A stretch of 64,000 nt of DNA, taken from NCBI GenBank assembly GCA_964016885.1, contig OZ024746.1, positions 28,272,001 through 28,336,000 on the forward strand, in the 5' to 3' direction. Every line of letters begins with the position of its first letter. Position 1 is the stretch's first letter. The notes beneath the pieces are model-generated. The model was given only the letters and a program-made list of their open reading frames with translations. It did not search any database and was not told where the DNA came from. Position numbers and translations under genes: made by a program. This DNA is from Eledone cirrhosa. Taxonomy: Eukaryota. Below, piece after piece: positions 14,380 to 27,655 of this stretch.

Positions 14380-14670
14380 ATGGAACGAGACACCAACAGA
14401 TCTAGCTGCAATAGGAAAGACGATCTGAAGGCCAGGATCACAAGTGCCCTTAGGGGCCTAAGTCGGGGAACAGTGACGAAGGCCTGTAGCCGGTTCCGAG
14501 GCCGCCTTGAGGCCGTCATCAAAGCCAATGGCGGGTTTATCGAGTGAGATCGAAAGAACAAGTCATGAAGACAAACTGACCCAAGTTTGATAAATAAAAC
14601 TTAAAAAATCAAACTATTGTGTTATTTTTTCCTAAACAGTAATCTTGCGAACAAATACGTCCGTACCCTG
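14380..14670 (+). mobile_element. Tc1/mariner-superfamily 3' end (transposase C-terminus plus TIR)
   Basis: DLKARITSA...[22 protein letters not shown]; ends ...CCGTACCCTG followed by TA. Confidence 0.8.
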
Positions 14671-14699
14671 TATATATATATATATATACACACATATGA

Positions 14700-15393
14700 T
14701 ATAGAGAGAGGGATTGGAAGAGAGTTCTGTGTAGTAGATATAGAGAGGGGGAGAGTTTGATGTTAACTGGTATAGAGAGGGTGATTGGGAGAGACTGTTG
14801 TTATGTTGATATAGAGGGGGGGGGGGAATTTGGTAGTAATGAATAAAGTGAGTTGTTTGATAGAGATAGATATCGATAGATATAGAGAGGGAAGAATTTG
14901 GTAGTGATGGATAGAGTGAGAGGGAATGAGCGAGAGAGAGAGTTGTATGGTAGAATTAAAGAGGGTGATAGTTTAGTGGTAATTGATATAGAGACGGGAT
15001 TGAGAAAGAGTTCCGTGTAGTAGATATAGAGAGGGTGAGATTTTGATGTTAATTGATATATAGAGAGGTATTGGAAGAGAGTTCCGTGTAGTTGATATAA
15101 AGAGAGTGAGCGTTTTGTGTTAATTGATATAGAGAGGGCGATTAGGAGAGTATGTTGTATGGTTGATTTAGTGAGAGGATTGATAGAGATAGGTATAGAT
15201 AGATATAGAGGAGGAAGAATTTGGTAGTGATGGATAGAGTGAGAGGGAATAAGAGAGAGAGTGTTGGTAGATATAGAGAGGGGGATGGTTTAGTGGTAAT
15301 TGATATAGCGTGGGGGTTGGGAGAGAGTTTCGTGTAGTATATAGAGAGGGTGAGATTTTGGTGGTAATGAATAGAGTGAGATTATTGATAGAT
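14700..15393. repeat. Degenerate purine-rich tandem repeat
   Basis: Recurrent GATATAGAGAGGG and TTTGGTAGTGATGGATAGAGTGAG. Confidence 0.75.
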
Positions 15394-15404
15394 ATAGCTA
15401 TTGT

Positions 15405-15934
15405 GTCCAAGTCTCAGACCCATACAGCAGCACAGACTCCACTACAGCAATGAAGAGGCGGACTTTCAGGTCTCTACGAAGGTCCGACTTCCACACCGAT
15501 CTCAAGCTGTGGCACGCCGCCCAGGCCTTGCTCTTCCTCTCAACCACATCATCTTCCGTATTCCCAATCTTTGCTCCCAAATACAGGAAGCCCTCAACCA
15601 ATTCTAGCGGCTTCCCGCCTACATTAGTGATCCCCTCTGGCTTCTCAACATTCTCTACCAGATATTTTGTTTTAGTCTCATTCCTTCTCAGCCCCAACTG
15701 AGGTTAGCTGGACATGCTCACCGACATCCAGAGTTGACATTGCACTCAGTGCTCCTTTGGGAGTCCCTACATGGACACACTAGAAGAGGAAGACCAAGGT
15801 TAACGTATGTTGATGCCCTAAGGACAGACACTGGTCTGTTGGAGACGCAGGACATGGCAGCGATAATGAGGGATAGAGACCGCTGGAGAGAACTCGTCCA
15901 TGGATCTCTGGAATTTTACCCGCCTTAGAATAGA
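15405..15934 (+). mobile_element. RTE-clade LINE 3' fragment with inverted 5' half and 11-bp TSD
   Basis: Minus 15405-15700 encodes ...ESVLLYGSETWT; plus 15701-15928 encodes RLAGH...RRGRPRLTYVD...DRDRWRELV; TAGAA tail; ATAGCTATTGT at 15394 and 15935. Confidence 0.85.
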
Positions 15935-16064
15935 ATAGCTATTGTTAAAAACCGATCGGTAGGATTTGAACTCAGAACACAGAGAACCCTGAAGGAACAC
16001 CGTAAATCATTTTATCGGAGGGTCTAACGACTCTTTCAGGTCAGCGCCTACCTCTTTCTTCGTC

Positions 16065-16320
16065 AATATCATTAATACCTACCTCTTCATTATACCGTTC
16101 AGAGCATTATACCGTCCATTTAATTAGATACTTATCTCTCACTTCATTATACCTTCAATTTAATTAATACCTATATCTTCATTATACTGTCTATGTAATT
16201 AGTTACCTGTCTCTCTCTATTTTACCCTCTATATAATGAATACCTCTTTCTTCATTCTACTGTCCATATAGTTACCTGTCTATCTCTCTTCATTATACCG
16301 TCATTTAATTAGTTACCTGC
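16065..16320. repeat. Degenerate minisatellite (TCTTCATTATACCGT...ATTAGTTACCT)
   Basis: Repeated ~35-40-bp units. Confidence 0.7.
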
Positions 16321-16879
16321 CATACACACCTTTCACACAAAGAATGTATTTCAATGACTTGCTAGGCACAAAGTGCCACTGGGGATCAAACTTAGAACCT
16401 TATGGTTACACGCTGAACAATCTTACCACTGAGACACGCGCATTCAAAATAACAGTAGACACAACAGTAGTAGCAGCAACAGCAGCCATTGCATATATAT
16501 ATAAACACACACATACATCTCTGCAGAGCTGTGCTGGAATGTTACGCTACAGTGGCAAAGGGAAATAACCAGCTGTGAACTATTATCTTTGAATTAATAT
16601 CTGTCTATTAGTTTGTCGGTGACTACAATGGAGGTAGATAGACAGGTGGACAGACAGACAGATAGACGGATAAATAAATAGATGGATAGATAAGCAGACA
16701 GACAGACAGACAGGCAGGCAGATGGATCGGCCGATGGACAGCTAGTAAGACAATAAACGGTACTACGGTGACTGGTTATTTGCTAGAGACTGACAGACAG
16801 ATAGATAGACAGACAGACAGAAATATTGTCATATGTATACATAGATAGACAGTCAGGTAGAGATTTAGACAGATAGATA

Positions 16880-17250
16880 TACTATCGGGTCCCACATAAT
16901 AGGGGGGGGGGGATAAGCAGGGCGGTTGGACATTTTCTTAAATTCTTATAAGCGGAGAGTGGTGGTGTTGGAATAAACGGGTTGTTGGGAAATCCGTAAT
17001 TGTATAGTGTACGTTCGTAAATATGGGATTTCTTGTAATGTTTTATTTTTGTCATATATAATGCTTTGTTTTTTTTTATGTAAAATTATAAGATTCTCTA
17101 ACTCCTGTATCAATATGAATCACTTATGCTAAAATTTCACCGGAGACAGATTAGCAAAATTTAATAAGCGGGGGGCAGGGAATCTGAAAAATGAATAACC
17201 GTGTGTGTATGTATGATGGGGGAGGGGTGATTATTCAAGACCTGAGAGTA
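16880..17250. mobile_element. Non-autonomous DNA transposon (MITE-like)
   Basis: Imperfect TIRs TACTATCGGGTCCCACATAAT / ATTATTCAAGACCTGAGAGTA; related partial copy at ~22405-22551. Confidence 0.55.
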
Positions 17251-18014
17251 CATGCATATGTATATACATACACACACACACACACACACATAGACCGACA
17301 GCTACACGGCATAATAGGTATGACTGTGTGTTATGTGGGCGCATAGTTATTTATGTTGTTACACCACTACCACAAGACAGTAAAGTACAGTGGTCAATTT
17401 TACCATTGTGTGACCTTTATGGTTAAGATGTTTGCTTGGATAATATTAGATCCAGGTTTTGATCCCATTGTGTGGCATCTTGTCACAAGTGTCATTAACC
17501 ATAGCTGCGGGTCGACACATACTTAGAGTGGAATTAGGGAGACGGAAAGTGTTTGGAAATACATCGGATGGCCTTTATTTATAACTCGAAGGGCCAGCTA
17601 TGTCACACACTAAATGTACTTGTGTATGTGGAAGGGTCAGCCACGTACACATATAGTTCATGAGCAGCTTATTCCGTTGACCAAATATTGGGTATCCCCA
17701 TCGTTAAAACCGAGACAAACATGATAGAAGCAAGAATGTCCAAATATTTCTGAAACCGAAATTTGCAGCCTGATTTTGACCTTGTTTTGTTACCGCTTCA
17801 CATAACTTCCTCTATTAATATCACTGCACATGGCACAACGGTCATTATCCAGCATCTTATTAAATTATCCGGCTTCATCTATCTACTTGCTGGACAATCT
17901 GATACTAAACCATTTCAGAATTACGTCAAGCAATATGCACAGGGAGAATATGATTAAATATATATATACGAAAGATACAGGAGGGTCTTTGAAAAGGGTA
18001 TGTCTTGTTAATAA

Positions 18015-18506
18015 GTGTTTTTAGACAAACATAAACATAAACTCAATATTAAGATAGTAGAAAGACCAGGTACCTCCGTAAAAACACTTATTAGCAAGAC
18101 ATACCCTTTTCAAAGACCCCCCTGTATAGATAAGAAATGTATAACCTGTAAATTAAGCCCCCATATTAACTGTAAAACTAGAAATGTAGTATATAGCATA
18201 AGATGCACTGAAGGACTATGTAGAGACAAAAATATAGTGTACATAGCTGAGACAGCTCGTAGTGTAGGGGAACGGATAAATGAACACTGGCGAGACCTTC
18301 AAGATAGTAAAGAATCATCTGTACTCTACCAACATGCTAAAATAGAACATAAGGGTAAATTAGAGAACATAGAAATAAAAATAGAATCTACACACAGAAA
18401 AGACGCAATGTTTAGACAAATCACAGAGGCAATAAACATAAAAGAATTACAACCAAAATTAAATAGAAAATATGAGTGGAACAGCAACATCACAACTTAC
18501 AATTAA
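18015..18506 (+). pseudogene. PLE GIY-YIG endonuclease domain fragment
   Basis: Cys-rich linker, then NVVYSIRC...YIAETARSVGERINEH...SVLYQH...RQITEAINI...LNRKYEW. Confidence 0.85.
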
Positions 18507-18896
18507 GGACAAAATGAAAACACACACGCACATAGAACAAACAACCAACCTGTAACATGTAAATAAACAAATAAATAAGCGAATATAAACACACACAGAT
18601 ACCCGGATGTGGCGCATGCGCAGACTGAGCACACAACACACACACAGAAAAAAAATGGCGTAGGACAGAACAAAGGAGAGGCACAAAAACAAAGAAAAGA
18701 ATCCCCAATCAGTGAAGAGGTCACAGAATGTGTGACGAAAGAACTTTGACAATATATAAACAACCATCTGATTGTGGAACCAACCAACCAACCGGAAATT
18801 TATAAATTCCTAAATTTATAAATTTATTATAATAAATTGAAGTGAAAGCAACTGGTGCGTGTGTTTCTTATTGGCAACATGACCCGCCCAATGTAT

Positions 18897-18902
<6 letters not shown>
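18507..18902 (+). mobile_element. PLE 3' terminal region with degenerate hammerhead (18708-18750)
   Basis: TCA-GTGAAGA-gGTCACA/TGTGAC-GAAAGAACTT^TGA; ends in (TA)n. Confidence 0.6.
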
Positions 18903-18969
<67 letters not shown>

Positions 18970-18972
<3 letters not shown>

Positions 18973-21349
18973 TTATTAAAATAACAGATTAAAGTTTAAG
19001 CAAAGAATCGCTGCTTTCACCCTTAACGAGATCTTCTGAAACTAACAAAGTCAATCTGTAAACGCAGAAGTGGATATTTCAAAAAACGTTGCAACAGGAG
19101 GAAGACAGGAAGACGATACTTTGATTCGTGGAAACGTTCCCTTCACAAAACATACAGGTAATATATACTTACCTATGCAAATAAGTAATGGTATAAACAT
19201 AACATATACTTAGCTACCACATCAAGACGTAAAATATTCACGTATAGATCGTACTATCCGTTAGGGTATAACGTGGGGCTGTAATACAGGAAATATCGGT
19301 GCGTCATCAATGAAATCAACGATGCTGGGTTTAAAATCACCTCTGATCTCAACATCCTGGACCGTACCGAACCTCTGGACCCTATTTCTCCCCACTTTAC
19401 CCTGAAGGATCACAAATCCAATTTTCCGAACAACCCCTCTATTCGGCTTATTAACCCTACGAAGTCCGATTTAGGTAGACTTAGTAAAAGGATTCTTGAT
19501 AGAATTATACCTGAAATTAGAAGTTTGGCCCCTCTTGCACTGTGGAACAATTCTTTCGCGGTGGTTGATTGGTTCAACGGCATATGTAACAAGGAACATT
19601 GCCGTTTTATCCAATTCGACATCAATAATTACTACTCCTCCATCACTTTACCACTTCTCCTTAGAGCTATCAATTTCGCTAAAACACTCACAGTGGTTAA
19701 GGATTTCGAAGTTGATGTCATCCTCAATGCCCGTAAGTCGGTGATTAATTTCGACGACTCTATTTGGATTAAAAAATCCAATAGTACCCCATTCGACGTG
19801 AGTATGGGCGCCAGCGATTCTGCGGAGGTTACTGATCTTATCGGCCTTTTCCTTCTTTTCTCTATCAAGGACGAATTCCCCAACGCAGGCGGTGGTTTGT
19901 ACCGTGATGATGGTCTTTTGACCATGACTAAGTACGGACCTCGTGCTTGCGACAGGTTCAGAAAAGAAATCACAGCCGTCTTTAAAGGCTTCAACCTCTC
20001 TATACAGGTTGAGGCCAATCTCTCGGTCGTTAATTACCTCGACGTTACCTTTAATTTATCGAATGGGTTGTATTACCCGTATAGAAAGCCGAATGATACG
20101 CTTAATTACATAAGTAAGCATTCCAATCATCCTGCCAGCATAACCAAGAACCTGGTAAGAAACGTTTTGTTGAGGCTTTCCCGTCTATCTACTAACGAGC
20201 ATATTTTCAACGACCATTCCACTTATTACAATGAAGCTCATGCTCAGAGTGGATTTGTCGATAAGGTAGTCTATACAGAGTACGAAAATAGACCTAGAAG
20301 AAATAGATCCCGTCGCATAACCCACCATATAATATGGAGGTGGCCACACCATTAACTAAGATCTTACTTTCCCTTATTACGAAGCATTTTCCCCCTACAC
20401 ATAAATATAGTAAAATTTTTAACAGAAATACTGTTAAAATTTCTTACTCTACGACTCCTAACCTTGCACATAACATCACAGTTTCAAATTTAGCTAAACT
20501 ACCTAGCCGTAGGAACACGTGCAACCCTGTAGTTAGTACTAACTGTAATTGTAGGAATCGGGTTGATTGCCCCCTATCTGAGAAATGCCTCTCTAGTAAC
20601 ATTGTCTACAAATGTAAGGTTGAAACACCCACGTCCCGTAGGGCCTACATAGAGTTAACCGCCAATAGATTCAAGCAGCGTCTTTACATGCATACCCATT
20701 CTTTTCCTTACCCTCTAAGAAGGAATATGACGTCACTTTCAGCTTATATCTGGAGTCTAAAAGACAACCACATCCAATATAAGTTACACTGGGAGATCCT
20801 AGCTAGGACTAGATCGTATAACGGAAATAAAAGACCATGTGACCTCTGCGCCGCTGAGGCCCTTGAAATACTCTACGCCACAGACCATATCTTAAACAAA
20901 AAATCTGAAGCAATTTCGGCTTGTAAACATAAATTGCACAAAACTTTCCTGTATTACAGCCCCACGTTATACCCTAACGGATAGTACGATCTATACGTGG
21001 ATATTTTACGTCTTTATGTGGTAGCTAAGTATATGTTATGTTTATACCATTACTTATTTGCATAGGTAAGTATATATTACCTGTATGTTTTGTGAAGGGA
21101 ACGTTTCCACGAACGAAAGTATCGTCTTCCTGTCTTCCACCGGTTGCAACGTTTTTTGAAATATCCACTTCTGCGTTTACAGATTGACTTTGTTAGTTTC
21201 AGAAGATCCCGTTAAGGAAAGCAGCGATTCTTTGCTTAAACTTTAATCTGTTATTTTAATAAATATTTGCTCTACGGTTCTTATATATTTGATATATATT
21301 TATCCTTATCGAGCCCTCTTTGGATTTTAGTCTTCAAATTTATTATTAT

Positions 21350-21350
<1 letters not shown>
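18970..21350 (+). mobile_element. 5'-truncated Penelope-like element (possibly Naiad-type) with inverted 5' terminal repeat
   Basis: 18970-19293 is the reverse complement of ~20945-21266; RT and GIY-YIG lie between; (TA)n on both sides. Confidence 0.9.
19294..20984 (+). pseudogene. PLE reverse transcriptase plus C-terminal GIY-YIG, frameshifted near 20330
   Basis: KDHKSNFPNNPSIRLINP, QFDINNYYSSI, FDVSMGASDSAE, GLYRDDGL, NYLDVTFNL, YRKPN; CNCRNRVDCPL..CL..NIVYKC..YIELT..FKQR. Confidence 0.9.
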
Positions 21351-21418
<68 letters not shown>

Positions 21419-21496
21419 TATATGCATGTATACGTATGCATTCGCATGTATCAGTGTATTTCTTTATATTGTATATATATTAAAATTACAGATTAT

Positions 21497-21547
21497 AGTT
21501 TAAGCAAAGAATCGCTGCTTTCACCCTTAACGGGATCTTCTGAAACT
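21497..21547 (-). ncRNA. Hammerhead-like motif with CAGAAGA (U4A) core (copies 18993-19043 - and 21195-21242 +)
   Basis: AGTTT-CAGAAGA-T-CCC-gttaa-GGG-T-GAAA-GCA-gcgattctt-TGC-TT^AAACT. Confidence 0.55.
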
Positions 21548-21572
21548 CATTTATTTATTTATCCTTATCGAG

Positions 21573-21756
<184 letters not shown>

Positions 21757-23421
21757 GTGTGTGCGTCTGAGTTATCATGTCTGTGTCCCTGTGTGTTTGT
21801 GGCCTAGTGACGACTAGAGGATTGGACTCATAATAATAAGGTTTTGAGCTCGATTCCTGGACAGGGCCAACGCAATGTGTTTTTGATAAAGTTGCTTCAT
21901 TTCACATCGCTTTTCATTGTAAAACTGGGACCGAAATCTTAAAAACACTAAAGAAACCTCCTTCGAGATGCAACTCCTTTCGGGGTGTTAACTAAACTTG
22001 CGCAGGTATGAGCTGTAAATTTCGTTTTCCTGTGTGTGTGTGTGTGTGTGTGTAAGTAAGTGACTGGATGGGAACATTCCCCAGGAAAGAGAAATCGACT
22101 GAAGTACAACGACAAACGAACAATAACATTTGTCACTCCTGAAAGATTGGGATTTCGTTCAACTTGTGTGTGCAGAAGATAGAAACTGGCTTGCTATTAA
22201 GATTGATGTATGGAGGAGAGGCAGTGGTGGACAGTACAAAAACAACATAATTACAGGCATTGATGATACACAAAGAAAGTTCTTAAGATATGTGTTTAAC
22301 AACGCAATGAAGAAAGGACAACATTATCATCATTATTATCATCATCATCACCACCAGCATAACCTATATAATGCATTTTTTAATGTAAAATAAAATTATT
22401 ATTAGGTTTTCCAGCTGCTGTATCAATATGAATCACTTACTATAACATTTCACCGGAGTTAGATTAGCAAAATTTAAGAAGCGGTGGGGCTGGAAAACAT
22501 TTGAAAAATTAATAAGCGGGGTGGGGGCCGATTATTCATGCGCTGAGACTATTTATTTTGAACTACTTTCAGACACAGACTCTCTATTTTAAAAATACCT
22601 TTGTGATGCTTTTTCAATGAAAACTCTTCTGACAACCCTGTATTTACTTGTTATAATAACCGTTATTTGTTATGAACAAAATATTTGCAGAATTATTTAC
22701 ATTTACTATTTTTCGTTTTGTTTCCTTTTTACCATTCCTTTTTTTTTTAAAGAAAAAAACAATAATTTTCTTGCTGCACTCACCGAGAGAGAGCAAACTG
22801 TCCATTTTAGTATATTTGCCATGTTTAATGTGTCCGACTTTGGCAGCCCCCTGCTACGAACGGTTTCCAATAGAAGCAAGGAAATCTCATTAAAACGTCA
22901 TCATCGTCTTCTACTTTTACCCCTCACAAGCTGTCAACTGTAATTAACAAACTGAAATTCGAATCCGTCAAACCGTAATTAATAAAGGCAGAATTGTCAC
23001 CGAGAGCTTAGAGTTATCAATAGAGACCTCCACCAATCCAATATATTTGCAGAGAGGAGAAGAGAAAAGGAAGGAAACATAAAAATTAAATAAAAAAAAA
23101 ACAATTATTTTAAACAATAACAATAATAATAATAATGAGAAGAATGTAGGAAATTTGAAATCAGCATATAAATGAAAGTAATGATGTGTTGATGGTTATC
23201 TATCTCTTCACATACACACAGATACGCACACACACAAACACACTATCTCTCTTAGTTACACAGACACACACATATACAGTACATATATATATATATGTAC
23301 TCTCTATATATATGTATACACATACTTACACACACATATATATATATATATATACATACATACAATCACACATACATACATTCATACACACATTAATACA
23401 TACACACATGCATACACACAT

Positions 23422-23492
<71 letters not shown>

Positions 23493-24018
23493 TATATATA
23501 TATATATATATATACATACATACATGCATACATGTATATATACATATACATACATTTAAACATCGATTCTTGGAATTCCGCCTTGGATTACTATCCAAAT
23601 AATATTATAAACATCACCCACATACACACAGATACACAGCCTCATAAGCACACACACATATACGTACACACCCACACCCACATACGCACACAAGCGTCCA
23701 CATACAGACACACCCACCCTCCCACACACAAAACATACGCACAATCACACACATTAAAAGAACTAACATATATTAAATGTAGTTATTACAGCAATATTAG
23801 CCACATAAGCCTCGTTGTGAAAATAATCGTAGCTTGCACGGTAGCTCGCAGTCTTTTATAACGAGAGGTTGCCGTTACGGGTTTCTGAAATTATTGTCTC
23901 CTCGTCAGGACATATTCTGGTCTAAATATAACAGATGTGTGCCACCCTATCATTGGCTGTTTCCTGCTGTTACTGTTGGCAACTACATACATACGCATAA
24001 ACACTCACACACCAACAG

Positions 24019-24094
<76 letters not shown>

Positions 24095-24634
24095 TATTGA
24101 GTAATATATATATTTACATATATACTTGCTATAACCAAACAAAGCAATAATAGTAATAAAAGATAAATCATATCTTTTAATGGTTTCAGCCATTTAACTG
24201 GTCTGTGGACATACTGGTTTGTGGACATACTGGTTTATGGCCATACTGGAGCTGCGTGTTTAACTGCTTTTTGACCATACTGGAGCACTCTCTCTTTAAC
24301 TGATCTGTCGCCATGCTGGAACATTATCTCTTCAACTGTTTTATGGCCTTAACGAAGCCCCGTCTTCAAGAGTCCATCATATCTATCCCAATATTTGCTG
24401 CAATCTGTTACTAATTCAAACAACTTCTAACGGTTTGCTTACCTTTTAGCTCCTATCTTCGATATTTAGAAATGGCCGTTTCGATAAAACTCTACCTTAT
24501 TGTCAGTACTTACGGTATGTTACAAATCGTCTTCACCGGACTCCCACAGTGTTTATCTATGGTGAGCGGAAATATAATCACAGGTAAAATAAAAAAATTC
24601 AATATTTAGTTCGGAGCCCCCCCCCCCCCCAAAT

Positions 24635-24905
24635 GTTTTTTAACCCTTTCATCATAATGTTTCTAATGAAGGACACTGCCTATGTCATTACCATATTTCT
24701 AATAAGAGACACTGCCTATGTCATTAACCCTTTCATTACCATATTTCTTATGAAAGACACTGTCTATATCATTAGCTCATTCATGACAACATTTCTAATG
24801 AAAGACACTGCCTATGTTATTAACCTTTTCACTACTATATTTCTAAAGATAGACGCCGCCAATGTCTTTAACCCTTTCTTTACTATATTTCTAATGAACG
24901 ACACT
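24635..24905. repeat. ~45-bp minisatellite
   Basis: Repeated ATATTTCTAATGAAAGACACTGCCTATGTCATTAACCCTTT. Confidence 0.85.
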
Positions 24906-25341
24906 ATTTATGATTTGGGCACTCACTTGAAAATCATCAAAAACTATGATGATGACGTAATAACACCTGTGTAATGACATTATGTAATGGCATAGTATGT
25001 AAGTAATAACAGAGTACGTAATAGCACATTGTGTAATGATATATTACATAAGGCAATTTGTAATGATAAATTTTGTGATGACACATTGTCTAATAACACA
25101 TTGCGCAATAACATATTATGTAGTAATGACAGTATGTAATGTGACATTGTGTGGTAACACATGTTATAACATAGTATGTATTGATATAGCATTTAATAAC
25201 ACATATCTAATGATACATTGTCTAACGGTACATTATGTAATGACAGAGTAAATAAAGAAACGTCAACTCAGCTTGTAATCATCTAATTGTTCATGTATGT
25301 GAAAAATAGTGGGAAATGATTGGGAAGGTTAATAGAAGTAT

Positions 25342-25403
<62 letters not shown>

Positions 25404-25502
25404 ATACTTCTATTAAACTTTATATATATATATATATAAATATATATGTATATATACATAGTTATACACATATAAAAATGTATATGAATATGTATATATG
25501 AG

Positions 25503-25562
<60 letters not shown>

Positions 25563-25753
25563 TATATATGTATATGTGTGTATATATATATGTATATATA
25601 TATTTATATATGTATATAAATGTGTATATATATATGTATATATATATATTTATATATGTATATATTTATATACATATATATTTATATATATACTTATATA
25701 TTTATATATATGTGTATATATGTATATATATATATATATATACGTATATATAC

Positions 25754-25845
<92 letters not shown>

Positions 25846-26551
25846 ATATATATATGCATATATGTATATATAGGTATATATACATATGTATATATATTAT
25901 GGTGGCGTTTGGTTTGAGGATAATATTGGTGGTTGTGGGGATGTTAGTGGTGGCGAGATGGAAGTATTTAGAGAAAGAGATGGAAGGCGGGAGAGAAAGA
26001 TGGAGAGAAAAAGAATGTGAGAGAGATAATGAAAGAGTGAGAGAAGGCTACAGTTTATTTCCAAGAAGATAATTTGTCCATTTGTCAATTTATAAACTGG
26101 CTTCATTCCGAAATGTTGAAGAAATTTAGAGAGATAAACTGCTGCTACCATGTTGTATGTCTTCCCGCTCACCGCCTCACCTCCTTCCCGGCGTTCAGAC
26201 AATTATATAATATGAGAAGGGGTGTGTCAGGTGTGTTATTATGCGTGTGTGTATGTGTGTGTTTGTGAACATGCGGGTGTGCATTAGGAAAGAACCTGTG
26301 TGCGTCTGTGTGTGTGTGTGTGTGTGTATGTGCATGTATGTGTGTATGTGACTGTGAGTATGTATGTGTGTTAGGAATGGACGTGTGTGTGTGTGTGTGT
26401 CAAAGTTAATTAGAAGCCACTTCATGTGTTATGCTCACGAGATATGTTTAAAAATGGCTACCTTTGGAGAATTTGATTACCATCTTGAAGATTTGTCATT
26501 AAAATATTTTATTATTATTATCATTATTGTTATCGTTATTATTATTATTAA

Positions 26552-26750
26552 AGGGCGTTGCATTGGCAGTATGGTTAGAGCGTCGGACAATACTTACGGA
26601 CCTTTAACTGCTGAGTTTAAATCCCGTTCGAAGTTAACTTTGCCTTCCATCGTTGCAAGGTCAATAAAATATAGTACCAGTAATGCACTGGAGTCAGTTT
26701 AATCGACTTTTTCTTCCCCAAATTGCTGGCCTTGCGCCTATAGTAGAAAT
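26552..26750 (+). mobile_element. Diverged SINE copy
   Basis: GGGCG..ATTGGCAGTATGGTTAG...AGTACCAGT...GGCCTTGCGCCTATAGTAGAAA. Confidence 0.75.
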
Positions 26751-26845
26751 TATCATTCTTCTTCTTCTTCTTCTTCTTCTTCTTTTTCTTCTTCTTCTTC
26801 TTCTTATTATTATTATTTTTATTATTATTATTATTATTATTATTG

Positions 26846-27220
26846 TTCTTTGAGTCTCAGTCATTGATGTTAGTTAACTGGAAAGTTTGTTGAAATGAAT
26901 ATCAAGCCACTACCTGCAGCCTCAGATATTCAGGACGTATCGGAGGGTTCTTGCTGTTCCCAGCAAGCATGCCTTTTGAAGCGTTCCAAAAAGCGTGAAG
27001 GGGCCAATTTTCTTTAACCATCCCTGGAAAGTTTTTGAGATAGTACCTAGTGCGCCTATGACAATCGGGACCACTTTGACTTCATGGCAGTTCCAAATCC
27101 TTTTTACCTCCTACTGTAAGTCCTGGTATCGGTTAATTTTCTCTCTCTCCTTCTCTTGCACTCTCGTGTCGAATGGGCAGGCCACATCCATAATCAGGCA
27201 CGATCTTTTTTCCTTGTATT
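26846..27220 (-). mobile_element. R4/Dong-like 3' fragment ending in (TAA)n
   Basis: Minus-strand translation YQDL..EVKRIWNCHEVKVVPIVIGALGTI...QKACLLGTARTLR. Confidence 0.75.
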
Positions 27221-27399
27221 TGGATTGGCAGTATCGGTAGAGGGTCGGACGCCATGCTTTCCAGCATAGTTACGTCCCTTTACGATCTGAGTTCAAATCC
27301 CGCCGAGGTTGACTTTGCCTTTCATCCTTACGGGGTCGATAAAATAAAGTACCAGTAATGCACTGGGTAATTGCTGGCCTTGTGCCTAAAGTAGAAACA

Positions 27400-27401
<2 letters not shown>
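27221..27401 (+). mobile_element. SINE followed by (ATT)n
   Basis: Near-consensus SINE body. Confidence 0.9.
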
Positions 27402-27444
<43 letters not shown>

Positions 27445-27655
27445 GGCGACCTACGTAGTAAATCGTATCATCGCAAGCTCCGCAAATGTTTGTTATTTCC
27501 GTTTGTTAAAATTTGCCATTTATGGAAAATTTTATTGTTAACTGTTTATAAGCGCACATACATTATTTTCCGAAAAGGACACCCAAAAAGATCGGGGCCT
27601 TGTGCCCAAAATTTAAACATTTATAATTATCAAAAAATTTCTTTGAAAAAAAAAC

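Noticed and set aside
20985-21030. SECIS element downstream of the PLE ORF
   Set aside because: No in-frame TGA at the visible Cys positions and no convincing SECIS helix.
21798-21915. tRNA gene
   Set aside because: A- and B-box-like motifs only, no cloverleaf; probably a decayed SINE head.
22600-23100. Host exon or conserved regulatory element (also 43500-44400)
   Set aside because: Non-repetitive, but no recognisable protein motif or supportable splice structure from sequence alone.
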